A DNA stretch of 61,834 bases, filler included, from Chiloscyllium plagiosum (GCF_004010195.1; 4 parts of one record of this genome joined end to end with filler, not necessarily neighbours in it); one strand, 5' to 3'. Shown: positions 23,560 to 37,159, counted from the first letter of the whole stretch. The notes: generated by a model not told the origin, from the sequence alone. Numbers and translations are program-made.

Positions 23560-25770
23560 GGGACTGAAGCAGAGCATATAAGAAAAGTAAAAAGTAGAAG
23601 AAATAGGCAGCAATTTTGGCAATCAACTATGTAGGACAATGTTAGGAAAAAAATTAAATGATATTCAACAGACTGCAGGAAAAATACATCCAGCTCACAA
23701 GAAAGAACAGAATAAATGCCAGTGAGATTTTTCTGCATAAATAAAGGCATAAGGGAACAATTAGGTACCAGGAAAGAGGCATATATTTAGCACATCAACA
23801 GCAGAGGAGTGCATGATAAGGGAGAATGTGAAGAAATTAGGAGACAAGTAAAAAAAAATTGGATGGTAAAAGGAACTATTGAAATTTAATTATCAAGGAA
23901 GATGAAACAAAATAATAAAATATCTTACAGGCACATCACTAAAAAAAACAGATGGCTGCGATGGGATTTGGGCCATAGCTGGAGACCTCCAAGCCTATTT
24001 GTGAAGAATATACTAACACCAGAATGCTTTGGTGGAGACTCTTTATTGCTTGCCACGGAGCTAATGTCAACAGTAACAATCCCCTCTCGTGCTCTTCTTT
24101 ATATACACATCTAAGTGTGATTAACAAATCAATACCTAAGGATGTGTTTCTTATTACCTTCAACTATTTAACGTTTAACATTTGTCAACAGAATCTGTCA
24201 GATACTAACATAATGAGAGAGGATAATACCATAAGTAGCAAGAGAATTTTTTTGAAAATATTATATAGTTGCTTTGTTTTGGTATTTATCAGGGAAGCAG
24301 AACAGATAGACAAGGCATTGAATGATAGGATGAGCAATGATAAAATGCATTTGAAATAAAAAGGTGAGAATTAAATAAGCTAATAAAAATCCAATGATCT
24401 GATGGATTGTGTCCATATATTTTAAAATAGGGAAGAAGTAACAGACATTCCTAAACAGACTTTAAAATTATTAGGAAAAGGTGTAGTTTGAGACGGCTGG
24501 CAAATTTCCAATGCAATTCCTGTATTTAAGAAGATGAACATACCATGTCCAGGAAATTAGAGGCCAGTCAGCTTAACATTAGTGGTAGGAGTCCTTTGTA
24601 CAGGATAAAATAGAAAACATCTAGTAATTTTAAAGATGAATGGAGAATTAGAAAGTGATTTCGAAAGGGAAAATCTTGCTTGACTGCATTTTCTGAAAAG
24701 ATAATGGAGTGGACAATGAATATGCAGTAAATATAATTTAACTGGAATGTAAAAATGTCTTTGATAATAGGATAATCAATATTGAAGATGAAAGCAACCA
24801 ATTACAGGAGACCCATTTTAAAAGTGGGCAAACAATTGACAAATGAAGTTCAGCACAGAAGAATGTAAGGGAGTACATTTTGGTAGGAAGAATATTATTT
24901 GAAGCTTGCAAATCTAGATGGTGAGAGGAGAAAGTTTTAAAAAGGATTTGAGGAGCAACTTTTTTACACAGAGGTTGATTTATGTGTGGATGAAGTATCA
25001 GAGGAATTGGTGGATACCAGTACAGTTACAACATTTAAAAGGTATTTGGATAAATACATGAATAAGAAAGTTTTGGAGGGATATGGGCCAAGCGCAGATA
25101 AGTGGGCCACGTTATGGGCACAAAAAAGTAAACTGTCACTAAGTTTTGTACCTGGAGGGAGAGAACTCAAGACAAGCAACAATTGTGTGACAATTGTGTG
25201 ACAATTGTTTCAAAGCTCGGTTACTGTGTACTGTGTTCAGCTTTAGTTGCCATATTATAAAAGAACTTGAAACAAAAGAGAGGGGAAAACAAGATCTGCA
25301 AGGATGATACAAGAAATGGGTGAGTATATCAAATAAGGACACACAAGCTGGCTCTCTTTCCAAGTTGAAAAATGTAGCCGAGGGGTGACCTTATGCAATA
25401 AATAAAATTATGGAGGGTTTGAATAGAGCAGGTGCAGAGAGAATATTCCTGCATGTGAGTATAACTATAGGATACCAAATGTAAGATAGGCACCAAGAAA
25501 TCTAATCAGAAATTCATGTGAAACCTTCTTATCCAAAGACTGATGAAAATGTGGAATTAGCTACCACAGGGAATAGTTGGATTGATTCGTTTAGATGCAT
25601 TAAGGAAATGCTAGACCAGCCAATGTGGGCGAAGGGAATAAAAGATTACGTGATAGATTTAGGTGAGGAAAGGTGGAAAATGTTCAAATGGAGCTCAAAC
25701 ATAAGTCTGGACTGGTTGGACTAAATGACCAGTTTCTGTGCCATATAGACTATGCCATTCTATGTATTGC
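23560..25770 (+). mobile_element. Old fragmented CR1 copy or copies
   Basis: Remnants include WQISNAIPVFKK and RPVSLTLVVG, plus CR1 3'-end pieces at 24940-25110 and 25370-25770. Confidence 0.65.
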
Positions 25771-26571
25771 CTTAAATTGAAGCAACTTTTATTCAAAGAA
25801 TGAGTGTGTTCCACCAAGGTCAGCAATCTTTCAAAATCAGACATAGTAAGTAGAAAATAGATGTACATTGATTCTTCTTAAATCAACTTGTTCAGACATG
25901 CTGTGACACACCTCCGTATTAGTTGAACACAAATGTTTTGTACAGAGGCAGTGTGTTAGATCTTTATGATAAGGATTGTAACTAAACAAGGTGATGAGAA
26001 CAATGAATATCACCACAAACAGACAAAAAAAACCTAAAAATGGCAATGTGTTAACCTCTGAGAAGTATTGGTTTATCATGATTGTAATATTAATTTGTAC
26101 CTGTGCATTTTATAAAGCGTTCTGCACAATCAAATTCTAAATATCTGCACAGACATGTTAAAATCAAGTGCAAAATGTTTTTCACAATTCATACTAGATC
26201 CTAGCAGATAAAAATCTCTCCATTAAAGTCTGGCAACTAAAAGCTAAGTTGCAAATTATGAGCTGAACTGAATACCCCCTACCAAGGCCAGTTTGTAGAC
26301 GTGAGAATATTCAACTGAGAATATTCCATCATGCACTGCCTGTGCCTCAATGAAGTCTGATTGAGGCCTTTGAAGTGGAAAATGAATGGCTACTTTGTTG
26401 CCTTTGTCTGCTGCACATGGTATTCAACCAGCAGCGAATGGGACAGAGGCTACCCAAGAAACCTATAAAGCAAACTCTCTCAGTTGCTGACTGAGGGCTC
26501 CGTCACCAGAAAGGGGATCTACTGAGAGCTGACTCGGGCCCTTCTGTGGAGCCTGTCCCACTCCTACTCTG

Positions 26572-26793
26572 AGGAGAAAGTGAGGTCTGCAGATGCTGGA
26601 GATCAGAGCTGAAAATGTGTTGCTGGAGAAGCGCAGCAGGTCAGGCAGCATCCAGGGAACAGGAGAATCGACGTTTCGGGCATATTAATTTGCCCGAAAT
26701 TAATTTGAGAAGGGCTTATGCCCGAAACGTCGATTCTCCTGTTCCCTGGATGCTGCCTGACCTGCTGCGCTTCTCCAGCAACACATTTTCAGC
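26572..26793. mobile_element. Fold-back Neptune pLTR micro-insertion
   Basis: Perfect inverted repeat of about 77 bp (26608-26684 / 26717-26793). TSD cccactcctactctg at 26557-26571 and 26794-26808. Confidence 0.9.
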
Positions 26794-27327
26794 CCCACTC
26801 CTACTCTGTCCAGGCAGTGGCCTTCTGCACATGTGAACTCCGTCCAATCCTTACTCTCCTTTGGTCGAGCTACCTTGCCACTCCTGACCCTCAGATGGAT
26901 GCATTGCTGACAACTACCATACTTTCCACTGGCAATGCATACACTGGACTGCTGCCACCTCTTCTCTTGGACCAGCAGCTGTCAGCATGGGACTTCTGTC
27001 TCCTGGTCCTCGAGGGACTAGAAGGAGTGGTTGTACGGGAGGAGGTAGAGGAAGTCAAGAAAGGTTGCCTGTCAAGTGTTGAAAAGTCTGCTCCTGGCCA
27101 GATAAATGCCTGACTGGCACTTGATACAGTGGAGCTTCCCCAAAAGAGGCAATATGGGGCTCTCACCACCTCTCCAATCAGCACTGAGGCCCCGGCACCT
27201 GGATTAGATACAGTCTCACATTCATGATTGGACTTGCTTATGATAACTTAAAGAATTTGCAAGCTGTGTCCAAGTGGACCATTCCTACCGTGGATCACAA
27301 TGGACGATTGTATTTTAAGAAAGAAAT

Positions 27328-27980
27328 GTTGAAACTTTATTGCTGGAACAGCACAGCAGGTCAGGCAGCATCCAGGGAACAGGAGATTCGACGTTTCGGG
27401 CACAGGCCCTTCTTCAGGAATGAGCAGAGAGTGTTCAGCAGGAGAAGATAAAAGGTAGGGAGGAGGGACATGGAGGANNNNNNNNNNNNNNNNNNNNNNN
27501 NNNNNNNNNNNNNNNNNNNNNTTAATTAATTAANNNNNNNNNNNNNNNNNNNNNNNNNNNNNNNNNNNNNNNNNNNNGGTGGAGGGCGCCGTCGACCACG
27601 TCGGGGGGGAAATTGCGGTCCTTGAAGAAGGAGGCCATCTGTGTTGTACGTATTTTGAACTGGTCCTCCTGGGAGCAGATGCGGCGGGCCGCCTTCCTGA
27701 CCTGCAGTCTTCTTCTTGACCTCTCCGCCTCCATCCTACTCCGACCTATCACCCACACCTTGACCTCTTTCCACCTATCACATTTCCAACGCCCCTCCTC
27801 CAAGTCCCGCCTCCCTACCTTTTATCTTCTCCTGCTGAACACTCTCTGCTCATTCCTGAAGAAGGGCCTGTGCCCGAAACGTCGAATCTCCTGTTCCCTG
27901 GATGCTGCCTGACCTGCTGTGCTGTTCCAGCAATAAAGTTTCAACTTTGATCTCCAGCATCTGCAGACCTCACTTTCTCC
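27328..27980 (+). mobile_element. Neptune insertion with inverted pLTRs spanning a gap; hammerheads at 27390-27417 (-) and 27856-27883 (+)
   Basis: CTGAAGA-A-GGGC-ctgt-GCCC-GAAA-CGTC with stem I attc/gaat. RT-EN linker piece MASFFKDRNFPPDVV on minus. TSD ttttaagaaag(a/t)aat. Confidence 0.85.
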
Positions 27981-29054
27981 TTTTAAGAAAGTAATTACAA
28001 CTCTGCCTGAGATTTTCATTTACATGCTGGAGGGAGTATTATACCATGGAGGACATAGAATAGCTGCTTCAGAAAAATACTTTGCCACAAATAGCAGATT
28101 AATTTTGATTTACTCCTTAAATCCATTTTGTACTGTATCACTAGGTGGCCTTTGTCTTCATTCTTGACTGCGTAAACAGTGAATGTTGAAACATTGAAAT
28201 AGCAACAGATTCAAGTTGGGTCATGACTTTTCAGATAAATTGCAGATTGTATGTGATGATCTGAAAAATTAGTGAAGAAGGCACATTTAATATTTTTGCT
28301 AAAGGTATTTGGATCCCTGCTAACATCATAAAATGTAATTGAACCAGTAGTTTTATGTGATGTGCTGCCTTTCTTTTTGTAAAATATGTTAAACAGTTTG
28401 AGTGAAATCTGTTACATCAATTCAAGGTGAGATGCATGCCCAGAATAGGAGGGTGCCCAAGTTTCAGGGGCCCAGGCTCAAGCACATGTTTTCCATGCAT
28501 TGCCAGAACAACAGCAATCTTTGGCTGAGTAGCCTGTCAGTCAGGATGATCCTTTTAGACAGTGCCAGAACTGTATCGAGCATGAGCTGATTAGGATGTG
28601 CTAAATCCAGCAGTCCCTCCTTACCTGCTTGACTGATGTGAGGGGAGTGCTATTTGTCGAGGGTCAAATGGCAGATGATTCACTGAGTGCTTTCTTCAGA
28701 CCTGTTGTACAATGTAAAGCATCAGCCTCTCCTCATTCTGCCTCAGTTTCCTAATGCAATGCTCCAGCTCCTCTGTTGCATTGTGTCAACTGTCTACAGA
28801 TCCACTCTGGATGGTAAAGTGCCCCTACTTGATCTTAAAAGACAGACCTAATCACTCCATCTTACTTGATGTCCCTCATCCAAGCTCTTGCTCCAAGTGA
28901 ACAGTCAGGAGAGGAATGTCAAGCAGGAGGGGCACGGAAATGTAATTGTGTGGGAGGAGATAGAGGAAATCAAGAAGAATCGCCTGTGAAGTGTCAGAAT
29001 GGCTAGGGCTTGAGTTCTGGATCCATCTGGGTGACCAGTCTTATGAAAATGTTT

Positions 29055-29370
29055 TCATGAAGGAGAACACAATGGGACATACATTATCCTAAACAGGACA
29101 GCTTTGTTAATGTTCTGGATCATTGATGAGAAAACTATATTGTGATGAATCTGTATGCAGAAATATTTCCAGTTATCGCAAAACAAAATACAGTCATCTT
29201 CACAATGTCTCAATTTCATTGGAAACTTGATTTTGTTACAGTGCCCTGTGTGGAAGTAAGTGGCCCAGAAGTAGGAGAAGCCACACGGCACGTTATTTCT
29301 CTCCCTGACCCTAATGAGATTATACAATAGCAAACAGTCTGGCCGGGGTTTTCTTGGTCCTGAAGTCACA
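29055..29370 (-). pseudogene. Possible highly decayed Harbinger transposase N-terminal fragment
   Basis: Weak resemblance across frames (VKMTV..F...G; IQNINKAVLFR, similar to IKQVTDALFR). Confidence 0.25.
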
Positions 29371-31555
29371 AGGTGGTCGATGGGAGAATTAGGAATGGGG
29401 AAATAGTGGATGCCACAGCTGAATAGCATCCTCAACATTGCAGTCCGCTGCCAAGGAATCTTATCTCGAACATCATAAAAATGGTCTCACTCCGGCCAGA
29501 GATACCATTAGCACTCGTACCATGTCCTAAAGAGGAAGAAGAGGCAGGGACAAATGCCCCCACAGCTCGAATAGATAATCCAAAGGGTTCTACCTCCTTG
29601 GCTGCTTATTTTAAATTTTTTACTTCACTCTGTCAGCGTATCTTCTTGATTCAAGACGTACCTCAGCGTGCCCACCTGTCCATCTTGCGCTGCCACCTAG
29701 ATCTCGTTCATCCTCCATAACTGGTCAGTGAGCCCGCAGGTGATCAATTAGCAAGCTGCCTCCAGGAAAATTGCAAAATATTTCCAATGACAGCTATTTG
29801 CCTTGACAGTAAGGCCTGCAGTAAAATCCTACACATTACATGTGAAATAGGCAAAGCTTGCATATTTAGGAAAGCAGAAATATTTATGGAACTTCTAAAG
29901 AGGTTAAATGCAATGTGTAAAGGTTGTAATCATACATTTTGCAATTCTCTTATCTCTAAGAATTTAACCCATTGCTGAGAATATTTGCTCACGAGCTCAG
30001 CGTAATGCCACTGTTGTTCATTTTAGCTTTGGTAATTTTTTTAACAATCAAGCAGGAAATATTAAGTGCTACTAGGCTATTAAATTAACATAAAGCTCCT
30101 GGATATGATTCTTGTTTTATTGTTAAGAAAACTAAATTGTACCTGAAGATTGTTGTCCCTTGTGAAATTGCATTTTGTTCATATTCCCACTAGAGTCAAT
30201 TTGATTGAAAAAAGGATAAGGCTCACTAAAATGATTTACTGAATGGAAAGTGACAATTAGAATGAAAATAATTAAATCTAGAAGTGATTTTGTTTCCTTT
30301 ACATTAAGTAAACTCAACTCATAATGTTGTGAAGTTAGTTACTGTGCAAAAGTAAAAGGTCAAATTCTTATCCTCTAAACCTCTCTTCATAACTAGTAGA
30401 ATCTTCATTTAGAATCTAAGCATATATACTTATTTAAAAAGGGTCATTAATGCAATTCTTTTCAAAGAATAAATTAAAATTATCATTTTCCTTGAAATAA
30501 CTTCTTTTCAATTTACATATAGCATTTTTTAAAGAGTGTCACTCTTCACCTGGAGCTTAATAAAGTAATTTGCTTTCTTTTAGTAATAAAAGGAAGAAGC
30601 TGTAATGAAATAGGCAGAGGGATAATGTGGTCACCAATTTATTTGATTCCTGCAAAAACAGTTTAATGTTATGAGATTTCAATTGAATAAATGAATGTGA
30701 ATTGTGTTGTAAAATAACATTATATTTTAATCAGCAAAACAACATTTTTCAGGTTGTCTTTAGAGTAAAAATTGCTTAAAACCTGTTTGTGGAGACTTAT
30801 TCTAAACCAATTAGGAATAAAGAATTGAATTTAATATCAACCTCAATGCACAAATCTGATCACAAACTCATTTGTATTTACAGCCTGAAAATAAAAGTTA
30901 AACCAAAATGGGAATTTTTAACTCAAAAGCTGATTTGAATAGAACTGCAGTTTGAAGTATTAAAAAAGAATCTGAATCCCATCCCAAACCTCCAACCACT
31001 AATGCCTGGTTTTAATGAAGGAGAAATGATAAGCAGGCAATTAATCTACTGCAAGGAGACAGGGTGGTGCTTTTTATTTGATAATAAAGTTGCATACATC
31101 CTCATTTGAAAACCCAAGTGAGGCCAACTAGGTGTAAGTTCATTTACCAGGTGGATCTAATGTGCATGCCTGGATAGATGCCCCTTGACCAAGCACCACC
31201 AGTCTCTTCCAACTCTAAGATATCCAAGCCTGAGTGATCCACTACTAAACTGGGTGGATTGAAGAAAGCAAAATTTTGTGAAACTCGAGACATTTTAAGA
31301 TAAACAGAATGGACAATCTTTGATAACACAAATAATAACTGGGAAGAAATCCCACGTAGAGTAGTCAATGCAATTTTATTGGCTATTGGAACACACTCTT
31401 TAAGGTTACCTTTGATTCACTATTATCGTTTAGGGAATGACATCTGACCTTAGTTTTGGTTTGGCCCATGTGTAAGTCTGGACCCAGAGTACAACTGTCA
31501 ATTTTTAACTGCCTTCTGACTTACAAGCCATTCAATTATATCAAGCCATTATATT

Positions 31556-31908
31556 TGGGGCAGTATGGTAAATCAGTGGTTAGCACTGCTGCCTCACAGC
31601 GCCAGGGACCCTGGTTTGATTCCAGCCTCAGGCTGTGTGGAGTTTGCACATTCTCCCCATGTCTGTGTGGGTTTCCCCCAGGTGTTCCGGTTTCCTCCCA
31701 TAGTCCATAGGTGTGCAGATTAGATGGATTGGCAATGCTGAATTACCCTTAGTGTTCAGGAATATGTAGGTTAGATGCATTAGCCATGGGAAATGCAGGG
31801 TTACACAAATAGGATGGGGGGGCTGGGTCTGCATGGGATGCTCTTTGGAAGGTTGGTATGGACTTGTTGGGCTGAATGGCCTGTTTTCACACTAGGAATT
31901 CTATTCTG
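31556..31908 (+). mobile_element. HE1 SINE
   Basis: Runs cagtggttagcactgctgcctcacagcgccagggacc...ggcctgttttcacactaggaattctattct. Confidence 0.9.
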
Positions 31909-32039
31909 AAGTTAAAAAGAGAAATGAAACTGGACAGACAACCCAGCATTGACTTATGCACTAGAAACAGCAGAGGCACATCTGCCCCTGTCAAAACTGC
32001 AATGGTTTCCTTATTAACATCAAGGCACTTCTGCTATTA

Positions 32040-32570
32040 TTGGGAGAGCTATCCCATTGACTAGACTTATATAGCCACACTCATGGAATCATACCTTACA
32101 AACAATGACCCTAACATTGCCATCCTTGGGTATATCCTGTGCCATCAGCGGGCCAGGCCCACCAAAGGTGGCATCATAGTGGTATATAATAAGGACTGAG
32201 TTACCTGGTAGTCCTCAACATTGATTCTAATCCTTATGGAGTCAGACTACATTAGGTCAAGCACAGTTAGGAAATCCTCTTGCTGAGTACTACCTACTAT
32301 CTCATGTCAGCTGATGAATCAATACAGTTCCAAATTAAGCACCAATTGGAAGAAGCACTGAGAACAGCAAGGGCTGAATGTACTTTGGATTGGAATGCTT
32401 CAATGCCCACCATCAAGAATGCTTCAGTTGCACCATCACTGATTGAGCCGCTGAGTCCAAAAGGAGATAGTTGCTAGGCTGTGTTCTTAGCAGACTGAGT
32501 GAAACAACAAGAGGGAAAACCATACTTGGTATCAGACTCACTAATCTACTTGTCATGGCTGCATCGGTGC
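32040..32570 (+). mobile_element. Degenerate LINE AP-endonuclease fragment
   Basis: Remnants MESYLT, ILGYILCHQ..RPTKGG, LNIDSNPYGV, LLSTTY..SADES, TRGKTILG. Confidence 0.6.
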
Positions 32571-32578
32571 CTGACTGT

Positions 32579-33915
32579 CCAGACAAAAGGGGTAACCATG
32601 GGCACACGTATGGGCCCCAGCTATGCCTGTCTCTTTGTTGGCTACGTAGAACAGTTGATCTTCCGTAATTACACCGGCACCACTCCCCACCTCTTCCCCC
32701 GCTACTTTGATGACTGCATTGGCGCCACCTCATGCTCCCTCGAGGAGGTTCAGCAATTCATCCACTTCACCAACACATTCCACCCTGACCTTAAATTTAT
32801 CTGGACCATCTCTGACACCTCCCGCCCCTTTTTGGACCTCTCCATCTCCATTAATGACGACCGACTTGACACTGACATTTTTTACAAACCCACCGACTCC
32901 CACAGCTACCTGGATTACACCTCTTCCCACCATACCTCTTGCAAAAATGCCATCCCGTATTCCCAATTCCTCCACCTCCNNNNNNNNNNNNNNNNNNNNN
33001 NNNNNNNNNNNNNNNNNNNNNNNNNNNNNNNNNNNNNNNNNNNNNNNNNNNNNNNNNNNNNNNNNNNNNNNNNNNNNNNNNNNNNNNNNNNNNNNNNNNN
33101 NNNNNNNNNNNNNNNNNNNNNNNNNNNNNNNNNNNNNNNNNNNNNNNNNNNNNNNNNNNNNNNNNNNNNNNNNNNNNNNNNNNNNNNNNNNNNNNNNNNN
33201 NNNNNNNNNNNNNNNNNNNNNNNNNNNNNNNNNNNNNNNNNNNNNNNNNNNNNNNNNNNNNNNNNNNNNNNNNNNNNNNNNNNNNNNNNNNNNNNNNNNN
33301 NNNNNNNNNNNNNNNNNNNNNNNNNNNNNNNNNNNNNNNNNNNNNNNNNNNNNNNNNNNNNNNNNNNNNNNNNNNNNNNNNNNNNNNNNNNNNNNNNNNN
33401 NNNNNNNNNNNNNNNNNNNNNNNNNNNNNNNNNNNNNNNNNNNNNNNNNNNNNNNNNNNNNNNNNNNNNNNNNNNNNNNNNNNNNNNNNNNNNNNNNNNN
33501 NNNNNNNNNNNNNNNNNNNNNNNNNNNNNNNNNNNNNNNNNNNNNNNNNNNNNNNNNNNNNNNNNNNNNNNNNNNNNNNNNNNNNNNNNNNNNNNNNNNN
33601 NNNNNNNNNNNNNNNNNNNNNNNNNNNNNNNNTGTCCCCATGACTTGTCCGGACTTGTCCTACCTGCCTATCTCCTTTTCCACCTATCCACTCCACCCTC
33701 TCCTCCCTGACCTATCACCTTCATCCCCTCCCCCACTCACCCATTGTACTCTATGCTACTTTCTCCCCATCCCCACCCTCCTCTAGCTTATCTCTCCATG
33801 CTTCAGGCTCTCTGCCTTTATTCCTGATGAAGGGCTTTTGTCTGAAACGTCGATTTCGCTGCTCCTTGGATGCTGCCTGACCTGCTGTGCTCTTCCAGCA
33901 CCACTAATCCAGTAT
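32579..33915 (+). mobile_element. Neptune Penelope RT fragment, gap, then pLTR with hammerhead (33824-33851)
   Basis: QTKGVTMGTRMGPSYACLF...RYFDDC...PFLDL...YKPTDSHSYL. Hammerhead CTGATGA-A-GGGC-tttt-GTCT-GAAA-CGTC. Confidence 0.9.
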
Positions 33916-33984
33916 CGGTAGGAGTGCCCATCGTGCAGTTGTGGAGGCTAAATCCCATCTTTCCATTTGAGGGTACCATCCATT

Positions 33985-35195
33985 ATGTTGTGTGACACTA
34001 GACGGGACTGCGGTTCACAAGGAGAAGGTGTTAGCAATTCTGGAAAGTGTGAAAATAGTTAATTCCCTTGGGCCGGATGGGATTTATCCTAGGATTCTCT
34101 GGGAAGCCAGAGAGGTTGATTGCAGAGCCTTTGGCTTTGATCTTCATGTCTTTATTGTCTACAGGAATAGTGCCAGAAGACTGGAGGATAGCAAATGTTG
34201 TCCCCTTGTTCAAGACGGGGAGTAGAGACAGCACTAGTAATTATAGACCAATGAGTCTGATTTTGGTTGTGGGTACAGTGTTGGAAAGGGTTTATAAGAG
34301 ATCGGATTTATAATCATCTAGAAAGGAATAAGTTGATTAGGGATAGTCAACACAATTTTGAGAAGGGTAGATCATGCTTCACAAACACTACTGAGTTCTT
34401 TGAGAAGGTGACTAAACAGGTAGATGAGAGTAAAGCAGTTGATGTGGTTTATATGGATTTCAGTAAGATATTTAATAAAGTTCCCTACGGTAGGCTATTG
34501 CACAAAATAGGGAGGCATGGGATTGAGGGTGATTTACCTGTTTGGATCAGAAATTGACTAGCTGAAAGAAGACAAAGGGTGGTGGTTGATGGGAAATGTT
34601 TGTCCTGGAGTTCAGTTACTAGTGGTGTACCGCAAGGATCTGTTTTGGGGCCACTGATGTTTGTCATTTTTATAAATGACCTGGATGAAGATGTAGAAGC
34701 ATGGGGTAGTAAATTTTTGGATGATACTAAGGTCGGTGGAGTTGAGAATAGTGCCAAAGGATGTTGCAGGTTACGGAGGGACATAGATAAGCTGCAGAGG
34801 TAGGCTGAGAGGAGGCAAATGGAGTTTAATGTGGAAACGTGTGAGGTGGTTCACTTTGGAAGGAGTAAAAGGAGTAAAGAGTACTGGGCTAATAGTAAGA
34901 TTCTTGGTAGTGTAGATGAGCAAAGAGATCTCAGTGTCCATGTACATAGATCCCTGAAAGTTGCCATCCAGGTTGATAGGGTTGTTAAGAAGGCATATGA
35001 TATGTTAGCTTTTATTAGTATAGGGATTGAGTTTTGGAGCCAAGAGGTCATGTTGCAGCTGTACAAAACTCTGGTGCGGCTGCACTTGGCATATTGCATT
35101 CAGTTCTGGTCACCGCATTATAGGAAGGATATGGAAGCTTTGGAAAGGGTTCAGAGGAGATTTACTAGGTATGGAGGGAAGGTCTTATGAGGAAA
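33985..35195 (+). mobile_element. CR1 RT fragment
   Basis: GPDGIYPRIL, VPEDWRIANVVPLFK, VTSGVPQGSVLGP, FLDDTKVGG, LYKTLVRLHLAYC. Confidence 0.92.
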
Positions 35196-35264
35196 GTCAT
35201 GATTTGGAGATGCCGATGTTGGACTGGGGTGAACTAGCTTTTGAGTACTGCTTCTTTACCAGCC

Positions 35265-35412
35265 ACACCCCTTCTAACAGTGTTGTGGCTCTTGGTAACC
35301 CAAATGAACTGTAGCAGTTCAAGAAGATGGACCGCACCACCTCAAACAATGTGGGATGGGCAAATAATACTGACCTTGCCAGCGATGCCCGTATCCCACA
35401 AAAGAATAAATT
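35265..35412 (+). mobile_element. 3' tail of the CR1/L2-clade LINE family
   Basis: Matches 18670-18797. Confidence 0.6.
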
Positions 35413-35665
35413 AAAATAGAAACAACTTGTCTGTTCTGAGAGAATGGTTTTCTGTGATCCATTAGTTTGCACAAGCCCTGATACAATGCTTCCAGCATTT
35501 CAAAGTAGTAATTTTCAAAATTATACACAGACAATACAAACATACTTTTGCCTCAGAAACTGATTTGGTTTGGTAGTGAGGTGGTGTTGGCCAAAACACC
35601 AGGAAATCTCCCACCCTCCTCTGATAGTTGCCACAAAACATTTTCTGTCTTGAACATGTAAATGT

Positions 35666-36293
35666 TGTGACAAAGCTGCTCCTTTAACATGGTTATGCAG
35701 TCCTTAGGCTTTTTTTCAGAAAGTTTGTAAACAACACAGACTTGGAAAAATCTGGGGGTTGAAGAGTTTTAGGACCAGTTTGATAATAGCTAACAGAGAC
35801 TGCATCAGGCACAGGCTTTCAAGTTTAAAAAAAACACTTGTATAATGAAAGGGGAATGGCCAGTTCTCCTGGTTCAGCCTTTCTCTGGTTTGGTTTAGTT
35901 TTTAGCTGTCGTGTGAAAAAACAGCTGCTGGACCCACAGAAGCAGGTGGTACTCTCTCTGATTTCTATCCTGTAAGAAGTTATGTTTAATTTTACCTTTT
36001 GTGCCAAAGGGTGTTTATGGGGATTGTTGCAAGTAATAGGAACAGCATCATTAAGTTGGGATGGTCTGTTGGGTTTTTGGATAGGTTAAGTTATTTGGTA
36101 TTCTGTTTACTGTTGTTTGTGTTTTATTCAGTAACCTTGTAAATAAATTCTGTTTTGTTTAAAACTAAGTGGTTTGACCAGCTGATTCTCTCCTGGAATA
36201 TCCACTTTACACCTGCTTAAAACAAAACTAGCAAAGTTAGGGTTTGGACTACCTTCTTCAAATGTTTTGAGGAGTTTGGCCTGGTCCATAACA
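35666..36293 (+). mobile_element. Solo LTR (Gypsy-like)
   Basis: TGTGACAAAGCT...CCTGGTCCATAACA. AATAAA near 36142. Near-TSD atgt/atgg. Termini are shared with 54283-54616. Confidence 0.75.
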
Positions 36294-37159
36294 ATGGGAA
36301 CTGAATTTGCAACTGATTTCATTTTGTGAGCTGAATCTCTGAGAGTGATGTATTCTCTCATTGTCAGCCCAGATTACAGTCAGTTGTGCAGCTAAGGTGA
36401 AATGATTGCTCAACCTGGGCTGCTGTGAATGGACTAATAAAAAAATAATTAGGACAAGGTGCTGTTTGTCCATTGTAGGAAATACGTTTTGATGTGTTGC
36501 TAAAGGTTTTGTTTCCTCATAATTATGAACATCCAGTCTTTTAACAAGTCCTGAAAATTTGCAGTAGGCAGCAAATGTTCTGGTATTCATGCCAAACATT
36601 CAGCACTAACGCTGTCAACATAAGCAAGATGTTGTGCAAGTTTCTTGACTTCCTTGTCAGGGCACAAGGTGTCATAGTTGGAGAGGTGTATAACACAGAA
36701 AAAGGCCCTTCAGCCCATCATGTTTGCACCGGTCAAAGCAAGCACTAAACTATTCTAATATTATCCCATTTTCCATCACTTTCCCCATACCCTTTTATGT
36801 ATTGTTATCCCAAGTGCACATCATTCAGGGTTTCTGCCTCTACCACTTTTACAGGCAGACAGTTCCAGATTTGCAATTTTGGAACCATTCCAAAAAAATT
36901 CTAATCCCACTCAAAAACTTACCTGTTTCTTTTTCCACAGATACCGTCAGACCTGCTGAGTTTCTCCAGCATGTTCTGATTTAATTTGAGAGGCACACAA
37001 TATTTAGTTGGGGAAAGAACATGCTCATGTGAATTGAGGAAGAAATTTGGGGAATCTAATATGAGTCTCATATAAGTAACTAGTTGTTTTCAGCTCTAGT
37101 TTAGATTATTTAAGCTTGACAAAACAATTTTCAAACACCTACAACATTTAAAATTTTTA

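Noticed and set aside
32499..33786. Long ORFs of 234-408 aa here and at 58337-59071 and 59513-60770
   Set aside because: Their length comes from reading through N gaps. The real parts are Penelope fragments.
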